Shown here piece by piece: positions 25,506-39,300 of a DNA stretch of 64,000 nt; within the stretch, counting starts at the first letter, position 1, and the number at the start of each line of letters is the position of its first letter. The stretch lies in assembly GCF_036321535.1 (NCBI RefSeq), contig NC_087436.1:98954001-99018000 (forward strand), written 5' to 3'. The stretch comes from Camelus dromedarius. Its lineage: Eukaryota. The notes below the pieces were generated by a model. That model worked only from the letters and a program-made list of their open reading frames with translations. It did not search any database and was not told the DNA's origin. A program made the translations under genes and the position numbers.

Positions 25506-26709
25506 TATTCAATAGTGTGGTATAGGAATTAGAGATAATTTCTGCCACAAAAAAGGGTAGTCATAGAAATTAGATGTGCTCTGGGAACTGTCTGCAGGCC
25601 CTATTTGTGAGAGATGATGAGAGTAGAAAGGATTTGGATTGCCTTTCTTGCACATTATATTCATGTTAAGCCCAATATCCATGACTTCTTGAAACTCTGG
25701 GCTTTCTCATTTCTGACACTTCACTCACGCTCTTTTCTCTGCCTGAATGTTCCTTCCATTCCTCTCTTATCAACCAGATTTCTAGTGACTCCATGCCTTT
25801 GGAAGTGAAAGAGTGTGCAAAGCCTAGGAACCAGTGCTGCCGCAAGTGCAGCGATGCAGAGGTAGTGCATGGGAAACAGAGGGAGGATACTCATTATTTT
25901 CTTCAACTTTATGTATATTTGTCTTTTTTTCATCTTTCTTCGTTTTATTTTTCTTAGAATTATTTAAAGTCGACTTAGTAATCAAATTAAATTCAATTAT
26001 ATGTATTGTCTAAGCAATTTACTGACATGCTTGAGACATGGGGATTTGATATTTAGTATTCTGAAAGGCTGATTCTGATTTCAAATAAGACTCATCTAGA
26101 TTAAATACAGAACTCAAATGCTAAAAACATTACACCTGGGAATCACATATTCATATTCATAAAATAATCCAAGCTTTGATGTATTTGATGTTCTTTTGAC
26201 TTTTTCTATTCTCAAGCCTTTGTTAACCCAGAATGGATATTCATATGCAACCACATGATTTTAAATACTTATAATGCTTTGCTGATTATTCAGCTTCTGA
26301 GTATTTCTATACTTAGAAAATATGTCTTGAATAACTTTCCATGTATTTTTAGACATACAGTATTGGTTTTCAAAATAGTTTATTAGGTTAAAATTGATGC
26401 TCTATTAGGTTCAGTATGCGCAAACCTCTAATGACTTAATGACATTTGCTTATTAACTGCCTAGAAAAATTGCAGATTTTTAAAAAACGTAATGACATGC
26501 ATATTGAATTTAGTTAAAATTCATTAAAACAATTATAGATAATTATAAGGCCTTTTATCACACTGCAATAAAAAGAGGTTACTGTTAAAAGGTGTAAAAT
26601 ATGTTCTCATTGTATCAAAATACTGCAGTAAAAATATGTTATCATATCTCCCAAGTATTTTATTATTTAAAATGTTGACACTATTTTGCCTTTAATATAT
26701 ATGTGTGTA

Positions 26710-26926
26710 TGTTTGATGATGTCCAACTTAGCAATTTCTCTAAGTAATGCTTTTGGTGTCAAATGTAAAATATCTTTTCCTAGCCCCACATTGTAGAGAT
26801 TTTCTCCTATTTTTCTTAAATTTTTATAATTTTATATTTAATTCTGTGATCCATTGTGAACTAATATTTGTATAAGGCATGAGATCTTGGTGAAGGTTGT
26901 TTTTGACTATAAGTGTCCAGTTGCCC
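26710..26926 (-). mobile_element. L1 ORF2 fragment (old L1M)
   Basis: tgcttttggtgtcaaatgtaaaa ... gatccattgtgaactaatatttgtataaggcatgag ... gtccagttgccca. Confidence 0.8.
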
Positions 26927-27184
26927 ACACACACATACACACAAAGAAAGCTGTATGGCAAACTTAAACTTCCAAGCCAAGTTGTTAATTGACTGTAGTC
27001 TTTCTCTCATGAAATGAATTATGAACTCAGTGCATCTGGGTAGAATCTAGATAAACACCACTGTGTTGTTTTAGAGGCTGGTTCCAGAAATGGAACAGAT
27101 GTTTGTCCCTGTTAGGGGGAAGGTAGTGAGTTGGCCCAGCTCAGGCAGCTGGGTAGCCCAAAGGCCAGAAGAAGTTTCCAGCAA

Positions 27185-27370
27185 CATGGTGGAGAGAGTG
27201 GCTTTGGATTCAACAGGTCTTAGTTTGAATCAAGATTCTACACTTACCATTTGTGTGACACCTGTCCTCATCTCTGTTTCCTCATCTGGAAAAGACTTAA
27301 CAGAATTGTTGTGAGATCAAATAGAAGAATAAAAATGAGAATACCAACCACATTGCCTGGTACATACTAC
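27185..27370 (+). mobile_element. MIR SINE
   Basis: gtttgaatcaagattctacacttaccatttgtgtgac ... tgtttcctcatctg ... gaattgttgtgagatcaaat ... tgcctggtacata. Confidence 0.8.
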
Positions 27371-27519
27371 GTGTGTGTATATATATGTATGTGTGTATAG
27401 TTAAATAGTCAATTACATTTTTATAAAGGGCTTAAATAAATGATTAGATATATTTTCTATTCACACAAATATTTGCCATTTCGAGTGGTCAGCCTTCTCT
27501 TACGTAGGCCGAGATTTCT

Positions 27520-27830
27520 ATTCAGTATCACCTTCTATCTTCCTAAAGAAACATTTTATAATTCCCTGTAATATGTCTACTGATGACAAATTCTCTTAAC
27601 TCTTGTTTATCTGAAAAACAAAAAGCCTCTCCCAGCCTGTAAAAGATTTTGTCCTATGGGCTTCTGGATTTAATAGTTTCTGATGGGAAGTGGGCTGTCA
27701 TTCATACATATCTCTATTCCTCTGTACATTATGTGTGTTTTCTGGGGGCTGTATTTTAGATTTTTTTTTTTTCTTTTCACTAGTTTCTTAGCAATAGGAT
27801 TATAATGTGCCTGGATTTTTTTAAATGATT
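27520..27830 (-). mobile_element. Old L1 ORF1-region fragment
   Basis: tctactgatgacaaattctcttaactcttgtttatctgaaaa ... ctgatgggaagtgggctgtcatt ... ttataatgtgcctgg. Confidence 0.7.
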
Positions 27831-27869
27831 CTTTGGCTTGAAATGTATAGAGTAAAATTTCAGAATGCA

Positions 27870-29037
27870 CACTGATTTCAAGACTTACTTTAAAGTTACA
27901 GTAAACAAGATATTGTGGTGCTAGGAAAGAGACAGACATTAAGTCCATGGGATAGGAAAAAAAACCCAAAAGTGGACCCACACAAATATGTGGTTAACTG
28001 AATGTCAACAATATTGGAGGAAGACTAGCCTTTTCAACAATTGGTGCTGAAAAAATTGGACATCCATATGCAGAAAAAAAAAAAACCTCAATTCATACCT
28101 CACATAAACTCAGATGAATTGTTGGTTCAAATAAAAAATCTAAAACTATGCAACTTCTTGAGGGAAACATATGAAAATAGCTTTTAACCTTGGATTATTC
28201 AAATTATCTATAGTCTGACCTTCACAAAGAATATATACAGATGGGAAGAACTTGAAAACATACTTTGTTCTAAACTAAATGATTAATCATTAGAGAAATA
28301 AATATTCAAACCAAAATCAGATGCATACCTATCAGATGATCAGAAAAAATATATGTAATACCAAAGCTAAAAAGGATGCTAATCAACTGAAATTCTCATA
28401 TATTGTTGGAGGGAACAAAATGGTCAATCATTTTGAAAAACAGTTTGGCATTTTCTTATGAAGTTACACATATACTTTCCATAGAGCCAATCCAACCTAG
28501 TCCTGGGCATTCAGCCAAGATAAATAAAAAATTATGCTCACACCAAAACCTCTATACAAATATTTATTGCCACATTATATATGGTAACTGATATTTGGAA
28601 AAAATCTAAACGTCATTCACTTATTGAGTAATTAAACTAACTGTGGTATATTTATAAAATGCAATACTTCTCACCTATAAAAGGAAAAAAATGTACTGAT
28701 ACCTGCAATAGTACAGATGCATGTCAGATGCATTATGTTGCATGAAAAAAAGCCATATTCAAAAGAATACATACTTTACGATACTCATGCAATATTCTGG
28801 AAAAGGCAGTATTACAAGGAGAGAAAACAGATCAGAGGTTGCAAGGTACTGATCACAATTGAAAAGGATTGATTAAAAGGGACAAGAGAAAGTATCTTGT
28901 GTGTGATAAATCTCTTCTATATCTTGATTGTGATGGTGGTTACATAATTGTGTTCATTTGTCCAAATTCATAAATACACCCTAAAAACATTGAATTTCAC
29001 TGTATATAAATTTTATGTCAGTAAACTTGACTAAAAA
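27870..29037 (+). mobile_element. L1 3' part (L1MC/MD-like), internally deleted
   Basis: ctgatttcaagacttactttaaagttacagtaaacaaga ... cttttcaacaattggtgctg ... tatcttgattgtgatggtggttaca ... gtaaacttgactaaaaa. Confidence 0.88.
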
Positions 29038-30219
29038 TATAATAAACATTTGGCCTACTAGATGATTTACTAAATGATCATAAGAAATATGAGTATTTCA
29101 ATTACAGAAGTAAATGTTTATACAATTCCCTTGATTTGCAGGCGTAATTGTAAGGAACAGTGTAATGAGCCGTAGTGTGGGTGGAGATGGAGAGGCAACA
29201 GGGGTTCTGATGAGTCAGAGGATCAACAGGAGGACACCAAATGTCACTCTATCAAAACAGGAGTGATGGCATCATGGCGGAGAGGTCACACCTCAGGTTA
29301 GTATGGCCACAATAAATATTTTTCCCACAGTTTTATCCCTAACCTGTCTTCTGCATTTCTCTTTCACTGGATGATGCCTACGGTCTTTCTAAAGCCCTAT
29401 TGCTACTTAGCCTGCTTCCTGGAAGTACTGGGGATGTTTGGCTCTTGTTCTATTTCTCAGCATCAGGATCGGGAGGGACCCGAATCACTTTGTTGTAGCC
29501 TGCAGTGTCTCAGAATAATTGAATGAATGGATGAGTAGTGTTCTTTCTAATTACACTTATCCTGAATCCTATCCCAGAAATTGTATTCTTCTCCCGCCTC
29601 CTCTCTCTCTCTCAATCTTTCCCTCTTCTGTTTTAACTCACGGATCAAGAAGTCGTTTCTACCCAAGATGAGGTGGCCACCACTATATATCTGAAACAAC
29701 ATACATGATATGTGTGGGACAGTAGGAGGAAGAGTTATAATTCTAGAAGTTTTTATGTGATTTTAAAATTCTTTCTCAATGACATTTGCCTACTGGCAAG
29801 GCTTTGGAAGGCAGTTAGCTTGTGTCATGATGTTGGAGAATGTTGTTGGTATCTATTATATATTCTGGCTGAACTGACTTTTTTTCTGTATTCTTAGGTT
29901 GATAAATACTCTTTGACATAGCCATATTGTTTCTGCCTGGTTATTCTGAAAAATCTGTATTTACTCTTGGAATTTGCTGAGAGTGGATTTATATATATTT
30001 TTTTCCTGGAAGTTATAGGACCTCCTAAATCTATTTCTCTCCGTAATTATTGGAAATTTTGTGGTGAATTAGGTCAAATAAAGCTCAGAGATTTTGCCTT
30101 TCAGAGTCTTTTTGAGGATTGGTAATAAAATATGAAAGTTACCTGTCAGACTGATTTTGCTAAATAAACTTTTGTTATTTTGAACAAACGTTATGAAACA
30201 TCACAAAGAACACAAGTTG

Positions 30220-30420
30220 TGAGCCATATGGTTTTAGACTTGAATATTGGCTCCTCCAGTTACTAGTTTCATTCTACTTTTTGAGGTTTTGTATTCTCAC
30301 CTCTAAACTAAATATCTAATAATTATGCTCCCCTTAAAGAATTAAATTTGATTTAAATACTAATCAAGATAATACATGCAAAATACATAATGGCATTTCC
30401 AGCACATGCTGGGTATCTGA
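30220..30420 (+). mobile_element. MIR SINE (degraded)
   Basis: ttgaatattggctcctccagttactagtt ... gataatacatgcaaaatacataa. Confidence 0.55.
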
Positions 30421-30613
30421 GAGAGATCATTCTCCTTACCTTTACAGTAGGCAATGTTGTTTTTAAAAATCAAACTCTTGTGAAGAGGGAAAACTTAACA
30501 GAAAGCTGAATTCGAATTCGTCAAAAATTGTAAACAGCCGTTGAGCATACTGCATTACAATTACATTTTTATATTTCAGTTTTTAGTCTTGTTTTATAGT
30601 TTTCATAACTAAT

Positions 30614-30830
30614 TTTTTTTCCTTTTTTAAATTGAAGCGTAGTTGATGTACAATGTTAGTTTTAGCTGTACAGCAAAGCAATTCATTTATACATATACAT
30701 ACATACATATATATTTTTTCAGTTTCTTTTCTATTATGGCTCATTGCAAGAAATTGAATAAAGTTCCCTGTGCTACACAATAGGTTTTTGTTGTTTATCT
30801 ATTTTATATATAGTAATGTGAATCTGTTAC
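30614..30830 (-). mobile_element. Artiodactyl-type L1 3' end, 5' truncated
   Basis: T-rich tail, then attgaagcgtagttgatgtacaatgtt ... gttccctgtgctacacaatagg. Candidate 8-bp TSD taactaat at 30606-30613 and 30831-30838. Confidence 0.88.
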
Positions 30831-33800
30831 TAACTAATATTTCTATTAAAAGTACCTTTGTTAATTTAATCATTCTTTAACTTGTATTTAGTTTTGCAAC
30901 AGTTAGTGAATGGAAACTTTCTTCCCTGTTTTAAACAAACAGTAAACATTCTGACATCATTGGAAGAGGAACTGTCATAAGAATGCAAAAGAAATCATGA
31001 CCTGGGGCATCCAGTGAAGGTTAAAATGGTGTTAAATAAGATTGTTATTGCACAGACTTCTAAAGGCTGATCTGATTTTTGTAAGAACCCTACTCAGCTG
31101 AGAAATGCTAAGTTTATAGGTCACATTAAAACCCGTAATTATTCATCACCCTCTGTCCTGCCCTACTAGAGTGTACCTGACATTCATTAAGGCTGAAAAA
31201 GCAATGCATAGACATCAGCCATAGATACAGTTATTTCCTACAAAATAATTTTCTTCACTTAAATATGTAGGCACAAGAACAAATTCATTTCATTTCTGCT
31301 GACTGAAATGTGAAATGAAAGTTATGAAAATGGAGCTCATATTCCCTGATATTAGCTCAGAGAATCTAGTTAACTGAATAACTACTGCACGCATCTTCTC
31401 ATTCCAGTACAATCATTTGAATTTGTTATATAAATGTTTTAACATCTTATTTTCTAATTTTAAGGGCAAAAATAATTTGGAGAACTCTGCAATAAATGTG
31501 GCAAATCTTATTGTCTGAATAACCTGGGTTTACACATTTTGTGTCAACAAGATTGACCTTTACTTCCATGATAAAAGTGAGTAATAAAATGCAGGTGGCA
31601 CTGAGAAGACCTGTGAATGCTATCTTGCATGCTTAAGCATAGTCTTAAGCTTGAAAATATATGACTTTCAAGGTAGTCTTTAATTACTAACATTTTAAAA
31701 CTTGCCCCCCTAATTAGATAAAATTATTTGGGATTTGTGATAAAATTATTCTATACAGAAAGTATTTTTGCTGATATTTTAAATTTCAAAAGTAGAATTT
31801 ATCAAGGTATATTATACGCATTTTTATAATACCACCATTCTTTATAAATGGTATAAATTGCTTCAGCACAGATCTTTTCCATAAAGATATTGTCAAAGCA
31901 ACGTTAATATGCCTTGCAGAAATCTATTTTTTAGAAAATTTTCAAACTGCTGGGTTAAAAAATTAATATATCGGTAGGAATATTAAAACATTAGCCAACC
32001 CACAGGTTTATCTAAGATGTTATTTAAGTTAAGACAGATTTTGTCTTAATACATTACCTATGGTGTTAAATTATTAAACTGCTATGTATTGTACTCTTCT
32101 ACATGTGATAAAAGATGTGTGGATAATAATTTAATCTCAAAGCAAATTCTTCAGAAATTTTAAGATACAATACTCTAGATAGTTCTAAAAGCTAAAACTA
32201 TCTCCCAATGTTTATACACTAAATTACTGGAAGTATGACATATTTTACTCACATTTAAAAAAAAATGTTACCGAGTAACCTGTATAGTATGTGAATTGAA
32301 TTGAAAAGGACAAGAAAATTCAGAGTATAAGCTGCCAAGAATAGGGTTTTCCGTGACAGCAGTGGACATCACTGCCAATTCTCCTGGAAAGCAGTCTAGA
32401 AAAAGGAATGCGGTCTTAGGAGTCAATCATCAAGGTAGAGGGAAGGGAAAATATATGCAGCGGTTTCTTGGAGAATGTAAAGTTTTATTAGCTCAGAGCA
32501 CTGCTTCCTAGACTGTGTAGAGACAGCTCTAGTCCCTGCAGGGTGGAGGTGTGCCAGCCGGCAAGCCTGGAGGCTTCCCGAGTTACACTGAGGATATGTC
32601 TGGACTTGCCCAAATACATTTACTACCTTAAACTACTTTTATTGTTACTTTCTTCCATTATCTCTGAACATATAGTCAGGTCAACTTTTTTCTTTTTATT
32701 TAATTCCAGATCTTTTTTCAGTTGTATAAACATGAGCATAAACATGTCTGAAGCTTTAATGGGAGTAGTGGGGGAGATCCAGGGTTCCTTACTTGAGTCT
32801 AGAAGAGAACAACCATCAGATGGTGGAGATGCGGAGATGACTGTGTACAGTGGAGTAATGCTCTCATGAAGGTACTGGGAACAGAAAAGTTGCCTTAATG
32901 GCTTGAGGTGGCAACAGTAAACAAAGCCACAGAGAACCTATTTCTAAAACTTAGAAAGCACCCTGAGTAGTGAACCCCTGGGATAATTTGAAAGTGAGTC
33001 TTATTTGTGTTAAGGTAAAAATACTTATCATGTACAGATTGATACATCCTCTTGGTTGTATTATATATAAATAGAAATACATTTTATATTTGAAGTCTAT
33101 ACTGTAGTCACAAGATTCTGAAACTCTACAAACTTGTCAAGTTTGAAATTTTCCCTGTGTGTACCCAGTGTGAACTTTAATTCATTCAAAGTCTACTAGT
33201 AGAATTTGTAGATTGCTCTTTTAAAACATTGTGTTAGTTTTTATCTTAATATCAAGTTTGGGTTTTTCTCACTCCAGTTCACTTGCAAGAGAAGGATCCA
33301 GATCTGACATACATTTTTCTGTATTGTATTCATTTCCACATCATATGAATTAAGCTCACAATATCCTAATTTTTGGTGGGGCTTAATTATCTATCAGATT
33401 TAGCATGTGTTGCTTACTTCGGGTGCAGTAATAGAAGAGTGGTACACAGAAGAAGATGGTTTATGGTCATTTCTTCTGTTCACTAGAATGACACAAATAT
33501 TGCATTCCATTATAAGGACAATAATTGAAAGTAATATAAGTAAATCAACATATTCAGAGGGAACTGATAAGATTTGTAAGAGGACTTAAAATTGCCCCAA
33601 GTGGGGAATAACTAAAGGAATAGGATAGTAAACTGAAGAAAAGGGTATTCCTGAGGAGTCATAAGAAATGTACCAAATATGTAGAAGCTTATTTATCTTT
33701 CTGTCTTGTATACATGGTTCTAATATAAGGACATCTGTGAGACAAATTGTCAAACCAGTTTGAGTTAGGCACCTCATTTTCTATTTGCCTCTAGTAGTTT

Positions 33801-34059
33801 GCACATAAAAATGTAGTATTGGATTTTTGTTTTTACACTGTATTTGTGTGTGTGTGCAACCCACTGAATTATGAATTATGACCTTGAGATTGGGAAGCTC
33901 ATCTTGCCTTACATATCTAATATTCATATATTTATGTATACATGATATATATATTTACACAGATATGTAAATAAACATATATATACTACACATAAATGAC
34001 TAAAGTGCTAGAGACTGGTATAACATCCCCCTCCACAGCATCGTTATCACCATCAACAT

Positions 34060-34560
34060 CATCATCATCATAACAAACACTAATAACACATCCCTTGCAT
34101 GATGTGTACAGATGGTAGTCCTTTACATGGGTACATCTGATGCTTATACAGTCTTGCTAGGAAATATCATTATGCCTATTTTCTCAATACAGAAATTGAG
34201 CATTGGGGGGTGGGAAGGGACTGGGATTTCAAAATGTAGAATAGATAAACAAGATTGTACTGAGTAGCACAGGGAAATATATACAGGGTCTTGTGGTGGC
34301 TCACAGCAAAAGAGAATGTGACAATGAATGTATGTATGTTCATGTATAACTGAAAAATTGTGCTCTACACTGGAATTTGACACAACATTGTAAAATGACT
34401 ATAACTCAATTAAAAAATGTTTATATATTAAAAAAAAAGAAAAGAAATTGAGCATTGGTGTGCTTATGCAAGTTCCCTAAAGCCATGTAATCATAGGTTA
34501 GAGTATAGGGCAGTGACAAAGCCCAGGGTAAATTTTCCAACTCAAATATGGTCTTCAGAG
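34060..34560 (-). mobile_element. MIR SINE split by a young L1
   Basis: cattatgcctattttctcaatacagaaattgag[L1]cattggtgtgcttatgcaagttccctaaagcca. Confidence 0.6.
34207..34442 (+). mobile_element. Young camelid-type L1 3' end with poly(A)
   Basis: gggtgggaagggactgggatttcaaaatgtagaatagataaacaag ... gacacaacattgtaaaatgactataactcaat plus A-tail. Perfect 16-bp TSD AGAAATTGAGCATTGG at 34191-34206 and 34443-34458. Confidence 0.93.
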
Positions 34561-36169
34561 CTGTAAATATGATGGTCAGTAAAGGTATTTTATTGAAAAA
34601 TCAATGACTTAAAGATTTAATAAGTTTTTTTACAAAGCACATTGTTTCAGTTGTGTGCTTTACCCAATGAGACACTCACTTGATGATATTAACCACTATG
34701 TCCTTCTTTGTGATTTTCCTCCAAAATTTTTGTTAATTTTATTATCTCTTATATGGATCTGTGTACTTCACTTCTGTGTATTGTCCCTCTAAATGCATTG
34801 ATGTTGGTAATATATTCCCCCTTTTTATACTGTCTAAATATAAATGAATTGAATAAATGCAGAATCAATAAATTTGCTGATTTAATACTTTCAAGTTACT
34901 AGAGTTAACTTGTACTCCCTCAAAAGACCCAGTTAGAATAAATATGCAGGTTTAAAGCACAAGCCATGACAATAAACAGAGCACCTTTTCCTGGATCCAA
35001 CAATATTTTATGACATACCTTTCTCCTTTGTCTTTTTCTCTACATTTGAAAGTCAAATTTGTGCTGAAATTATAAATCTTCACAATTAAAAATCACATGT
35101 CTTTGTTTTTCTCCTTTACTTACTCTCAATGCCTGGACAGATGAGAGAGTTAAATACCTTACCTAAAGTAACTCAGATGGGTTACTGAGATTCAGACCCT
35201 CTTCTCAAAGATCCTAAAGGCCACGCTCTTTTCTTTACATCATAGTAGGTTGAGAACTTACCAAAAGTTTGTGAAAATTGACCATGTTGGTTCTCATCAC
35301 TGATGAGAAAACATTATTTTGTTTAGTTGTAAAATCCTAGTAACTTTTACTCAGTTTTTGGTCAAGTTCTCAAGTACAGGTATTGAAATAGTACATGGTC
35401 TTGCCAGTGTTTCCTTCAAAACAACCCTGTGAGTATGAACGATCCTCATTTCTTCGTTTAAGTCAACATATTCTCTGGTATCTGAAATCCAGGTGTTTTT
35501 AGCATTTGACCAGTATCAACAAAATAAGGAACCTATTTCCCTGTCTCTGTTCTTCAATTCTGTCACTCTTTCTCTTTGAAAGACATTCCTTAGAACTGTG
35601 TATTACACAAGTAAATTGAAGATATATAATTTCTTGTTTTATATATTGAAGATATACTTCAAAGTTTCCTGTGTCTGTAATGAGATTAGAATAAAAAATG
35701 ATGACACACACCTGGTTTATATTTGGAATTATTAATCATTGCTTCCATTTTAATGTGAGGATAATTTCATACGGGATTTGGCTCTTTCAAATATCAGATC
35801 CACTGTTTTTTTTGACCTCTACCGATAACACAACAACATTTATATTTTTATTTCCTAGGAGAGATATGATAAAAAGTCAAAAAATATGGCCTTCTTTGAA
35901 CAATGAGTGCACACTCTGCCAGCTGGGATCATCTGTGGGGAAACAAAGTGGGTCAGTACATTGTCTCATCAGCACTTCTGTTCTCTAGCAAACCCACCTG
36001 GCTTGCCTGCGAAGGAAACAGACTAAATGGGCTTTTGGTAACAAATTCCATTACTAGGAAGACAACTGCTCAATTTTGTGGCCTAGTTAATTATATTTTC
36101 AAATTTAATATTACCACTTTTGGCAAATCTCTTTTAGACAATGCTTTCATTGATGAGGTATTTGTGATC

Positions 36170-36530
36170 AAGAGGCAGGGTTGTATAGTGTAGAGATAAT
36201 GGGGTTTAGAAACTCCAGGCAGGCTGAGTTTTGAATCCTGATTGGCCTACTTATGCTCTCAGGGTAGCCACCATGCTAATTTATAATAATTGCCATTTAC
36301 TGAATGGTAGGAATATGGCATGTATTGTGTAAACGTTTTAAATGCATTATCTCATCTATCTTCCATCATAATGTAATAAAGGCTTTAGTATCTTTCTCAT
36401 TTTACAGATTGAAAAAACAAACAAAAGCTGAGAGTGATTGAAATGACTGTACAAAACCCTACAGCTGTCAAAAAGCTAAGGAGGGATTTAAATTTTGACA
36501 TTCCGACCCCGGGTTTCTCTTTACTATAAG
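36170..36530. mobile_element. Two MIR fragments in opposite orientation
   Basis: + strand head gaggcagggttgtatagtg ... tttgaatcctgattgg; then minus copy ataataattgccatttactgaatg ... cattttacagattgaaaaaac. Confidence 0.7.
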
Positions 36531-37280
36531 TAACATACATTATCATATGTACAACTTCACTGGTTTCTTAAACAGAAGCAGAAATAGAAGTCGGCTGCAT
36601 GAATGACAGCCAGATAGATAGACAGATAAATAGATAGGGATTTACATTTTTAAAATCTTTCTTTCACTTAGGACAATTTAGAACAGATGGCCAAGTCTGT
36701 AATACAGCATTATCTACATTGAATTCTATGACCTTCATGACAATAATAGTTTATTTCAGCATAATTCTTCCAATTTGTTGATATTATACATAACATACTA
36801 ATCAAATATAAGAGAGTATTTGGAAAACATTTTAAGGGACAACTAATTTTACCATTATATCAAAGTTATAAAATATTAATATATCAAGCCAATCAAAATT
36901 ATAAAACATTTTCTAATATCTAACATAATAAAGTAGATAATAAAATATTCACAGAAGTAAAAGAGAAATGTCCACACAAAATCTGAAATTCAAAGCTTCA
37001 TTTGCTGAACTATATTACTGGATTGGCCTTTAAGTATAGCTCTTGATGTTTAGAAGATTAATTCAAGTTTGGTGTCTCACGAAATTAATCAACATATTCA
37101 TATTTCAAAATTAAACCAGGAATGATGTTAGCGGTTCATAATTTTATGAGAATACTTATTACTGCTTCTTAGGAAATCAGTTGTTCATTGAAACAATATC
37201 CTGTTTAAATTTTCATGAACAAATTTGTATCTATTGAAATAGTTCCAGTCTTTTAAAAAAGTTATGATTTTTACTTGCAG

Positions 37281-37355
37281 TTGGATTTGTATTTTGAAAA
37301 TGCATGCTGATTGATATTATTAAGATTCATCATTCCGGAACTCTTTTCAAAATAA
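37281..37355 (+). other. Candidate exon (5' UTR plus start of a small ORF at 37304)
   Basis: Acceptor tttttacttgcag|T and donor TAA|gtacgt. ATG 37304 gives MLIDIIKIHHSGTLFKI plus 1 nt (phase 1). In-frame TGA upstream. Confidence 0.3.
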
Positions 37356-37582
37356 GTACGTTTGACTACAATTCTATATAATTTTTGGCTGGGTAACAAA
37401 TTTATGTCATTGAATTTTTCCAAATTTATACTATTATATGCTTAGTTTCATTGCTGACATTTTTGGCAATGGAAATAATTATTCTTCCTTTAGTATTTTA
37501 GAAAAGAAGTGAAAATAATTGTCTTCATTTTTGTGCTCCAAGTGTGATGCAGAATTATTTCCTGATTTGTTTTTATCTATAG

Positions 37583-37613
37583 AACAGCTCTATGAGGAGA
37601 ACAGAAAATTAAG
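37583..37613 (+). CDS. Candidate 31-nt micro-exon, (x)QLYEENRKLR
   Basis: Acceptor ctgatttgtttttatctatag| with a ctgat branch-like site; donor AAG|gtaaat. Purine-rich exon body. Only one frame is open (phase 1 to phase 2). Gene not recognised. Confidence 0.4.
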
Positions 37614-38959
37614 GTAAATCTTTTGATAGAATGACAAAGGCTCCATATACCTGAAATTTCAGATAATTAAAAACTTTGTTTCTCTGAGTTTTTATGCATG
37701 ATACTGTTAATTATATAATTATTTGACTTTATAAAACATCTCATTTTTAAGTTTATGTGAAATATAACTCATAAATTATGTTTTAAAGCATAAATACTAC
37801 TTAAATCTTTGATAGCAGGTGGTTTAATATTTTTCATTCACCTTTTATATATATTTTATTGTGAATTATATAACTTTTTCTAAAGTTCTCATGAATAATG
37901 ATTTATTTGTTAATTTGCTTATTTAAAATAGTTATAGTTTATATATTTAAAATAAACTTACATGATAGTAATGATATTTATAAATAAATTAGGTATTATA
38001 ATAATATAACAATATGATTCTAACCTCATTCTAAAATCTCCAGTCCTCTATTAATTTCACGATGATTAAAAAATAAAAAAGTGGCAGGTAGCAATTGATC
38101 TGGAAAGCAATTAGTCTTGGCAAATATAGTCCCTTGAGAATTTTTCATCATAATTTTACTGCCACAACTAAGTGAAAGAACAAGTCTAACTCTGGTAGAT
38201 ATGCAATATTAAGATCACAATCTCCAGACTGCCACCTCAGTTCTTTTAAGACATCACTGCTAATTCTATCTTCCTAAATCTCTGTTTGCTATGAGCTCTT
38301 TCCTTGCTCAAAAGTCTTTAGTTGAGTAGATTTTTATCCCCATGACATTGGTTTCCAAGTCACTCTTGCAGGGCCAAAGGTACTCTAGCACTTGACTTAA
38401 GTATGGATCTGAAGGCCAGCTCCCTCAGGTATCTTTATGTCCCCGTGCCACAAAGAATGTCTCTTCCTGGTAAGATGAATAAATTGGGGCTGTAAGAGCA
38501 ACTACTGGAAAAATATTTAGAGACTCCCTAATATAAGAAGAAGAGATTTTAAAAAGATGAAATTTGAAAGCATTCTGAGCCTATAATATCTGGGAAGAGG
38601 AATGGAGGAGGGATTTAGTAGTAGAGACAAGTTCTACTATAGCCAGTGTGTGAAACTAAAACCAGGATGTGATTTTCCCAAATCAGAAGGCTCCTGTATG
38701 CCTTTGCTGAATTTCAGGTATTCAGCAAATTGTCAAGGTTAGGCAGCTCAGACAGCTCCCATTGGTGATTGCTGCCACAGTAAATTAGTATCATCCAATC
38801 AAAAATCCCTATCATCAGGAGGGCCCAAGCTGTCATTTCCTTTGTAGATATTCTCCCTATTCCCCACACAACTTTTAGTCTTAGCAACTTAATATAAATA
38901 TTACCTCACACAGAGGTTGCCTGGACTATCATGGCTCCCTAGAATCTGTCTTTTCCATG

Positions 38960-39300
38960 TATCACTTACCTCTTGTAGGAGACTGTAATTTCCCCCCATT
39001 TCAATGCCTTATTGAAATCAGACTCATTTTAACTTGTTTTGGTAAATTAAATACGAATGAAACAGCAAATAGCAGATTTGAGTACTACTGTTGATTTTTA
39101 TCCCTATTTGTTTTTTTCCCCTTATGCATTATAGCTGGTAATATTTCAGATAGGGTTTACTCCATTAACCTAGATTCTGGAATGAAGGATAGGTACATGG
39201 AGCAAAACCACAGCTTTCCCGCAGTGACATATAATATGAGTTTAGGGCTATAATACTATGCGATTTCAGGACTGTTAATTTAACTAAAACTGATTGATAG
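38960..39300 (+). mobile_element. Old MaLR LTR (MLT1J-like)
   Basis: aatatttcagatagggtttactccattaacctagattctggaatga ... atggagcaaaaccacagct ... gacatataatatgag. Confidence 0.55.

Noticed and set aside
26710..29037. Twin-priming inverted L1
   Set aside because: The minus fragments derive from non-adjacent or overlapping L1 regions and no shared TSD is visible; independent old fragments are more likely.
30434..30560. Minus-strand exon with strong donor AAG|gtaagg
   Set aside because: The longer version has stops in all frames, the shorter one needs a weak AAG acceptor, and there is no supporting partner exon.
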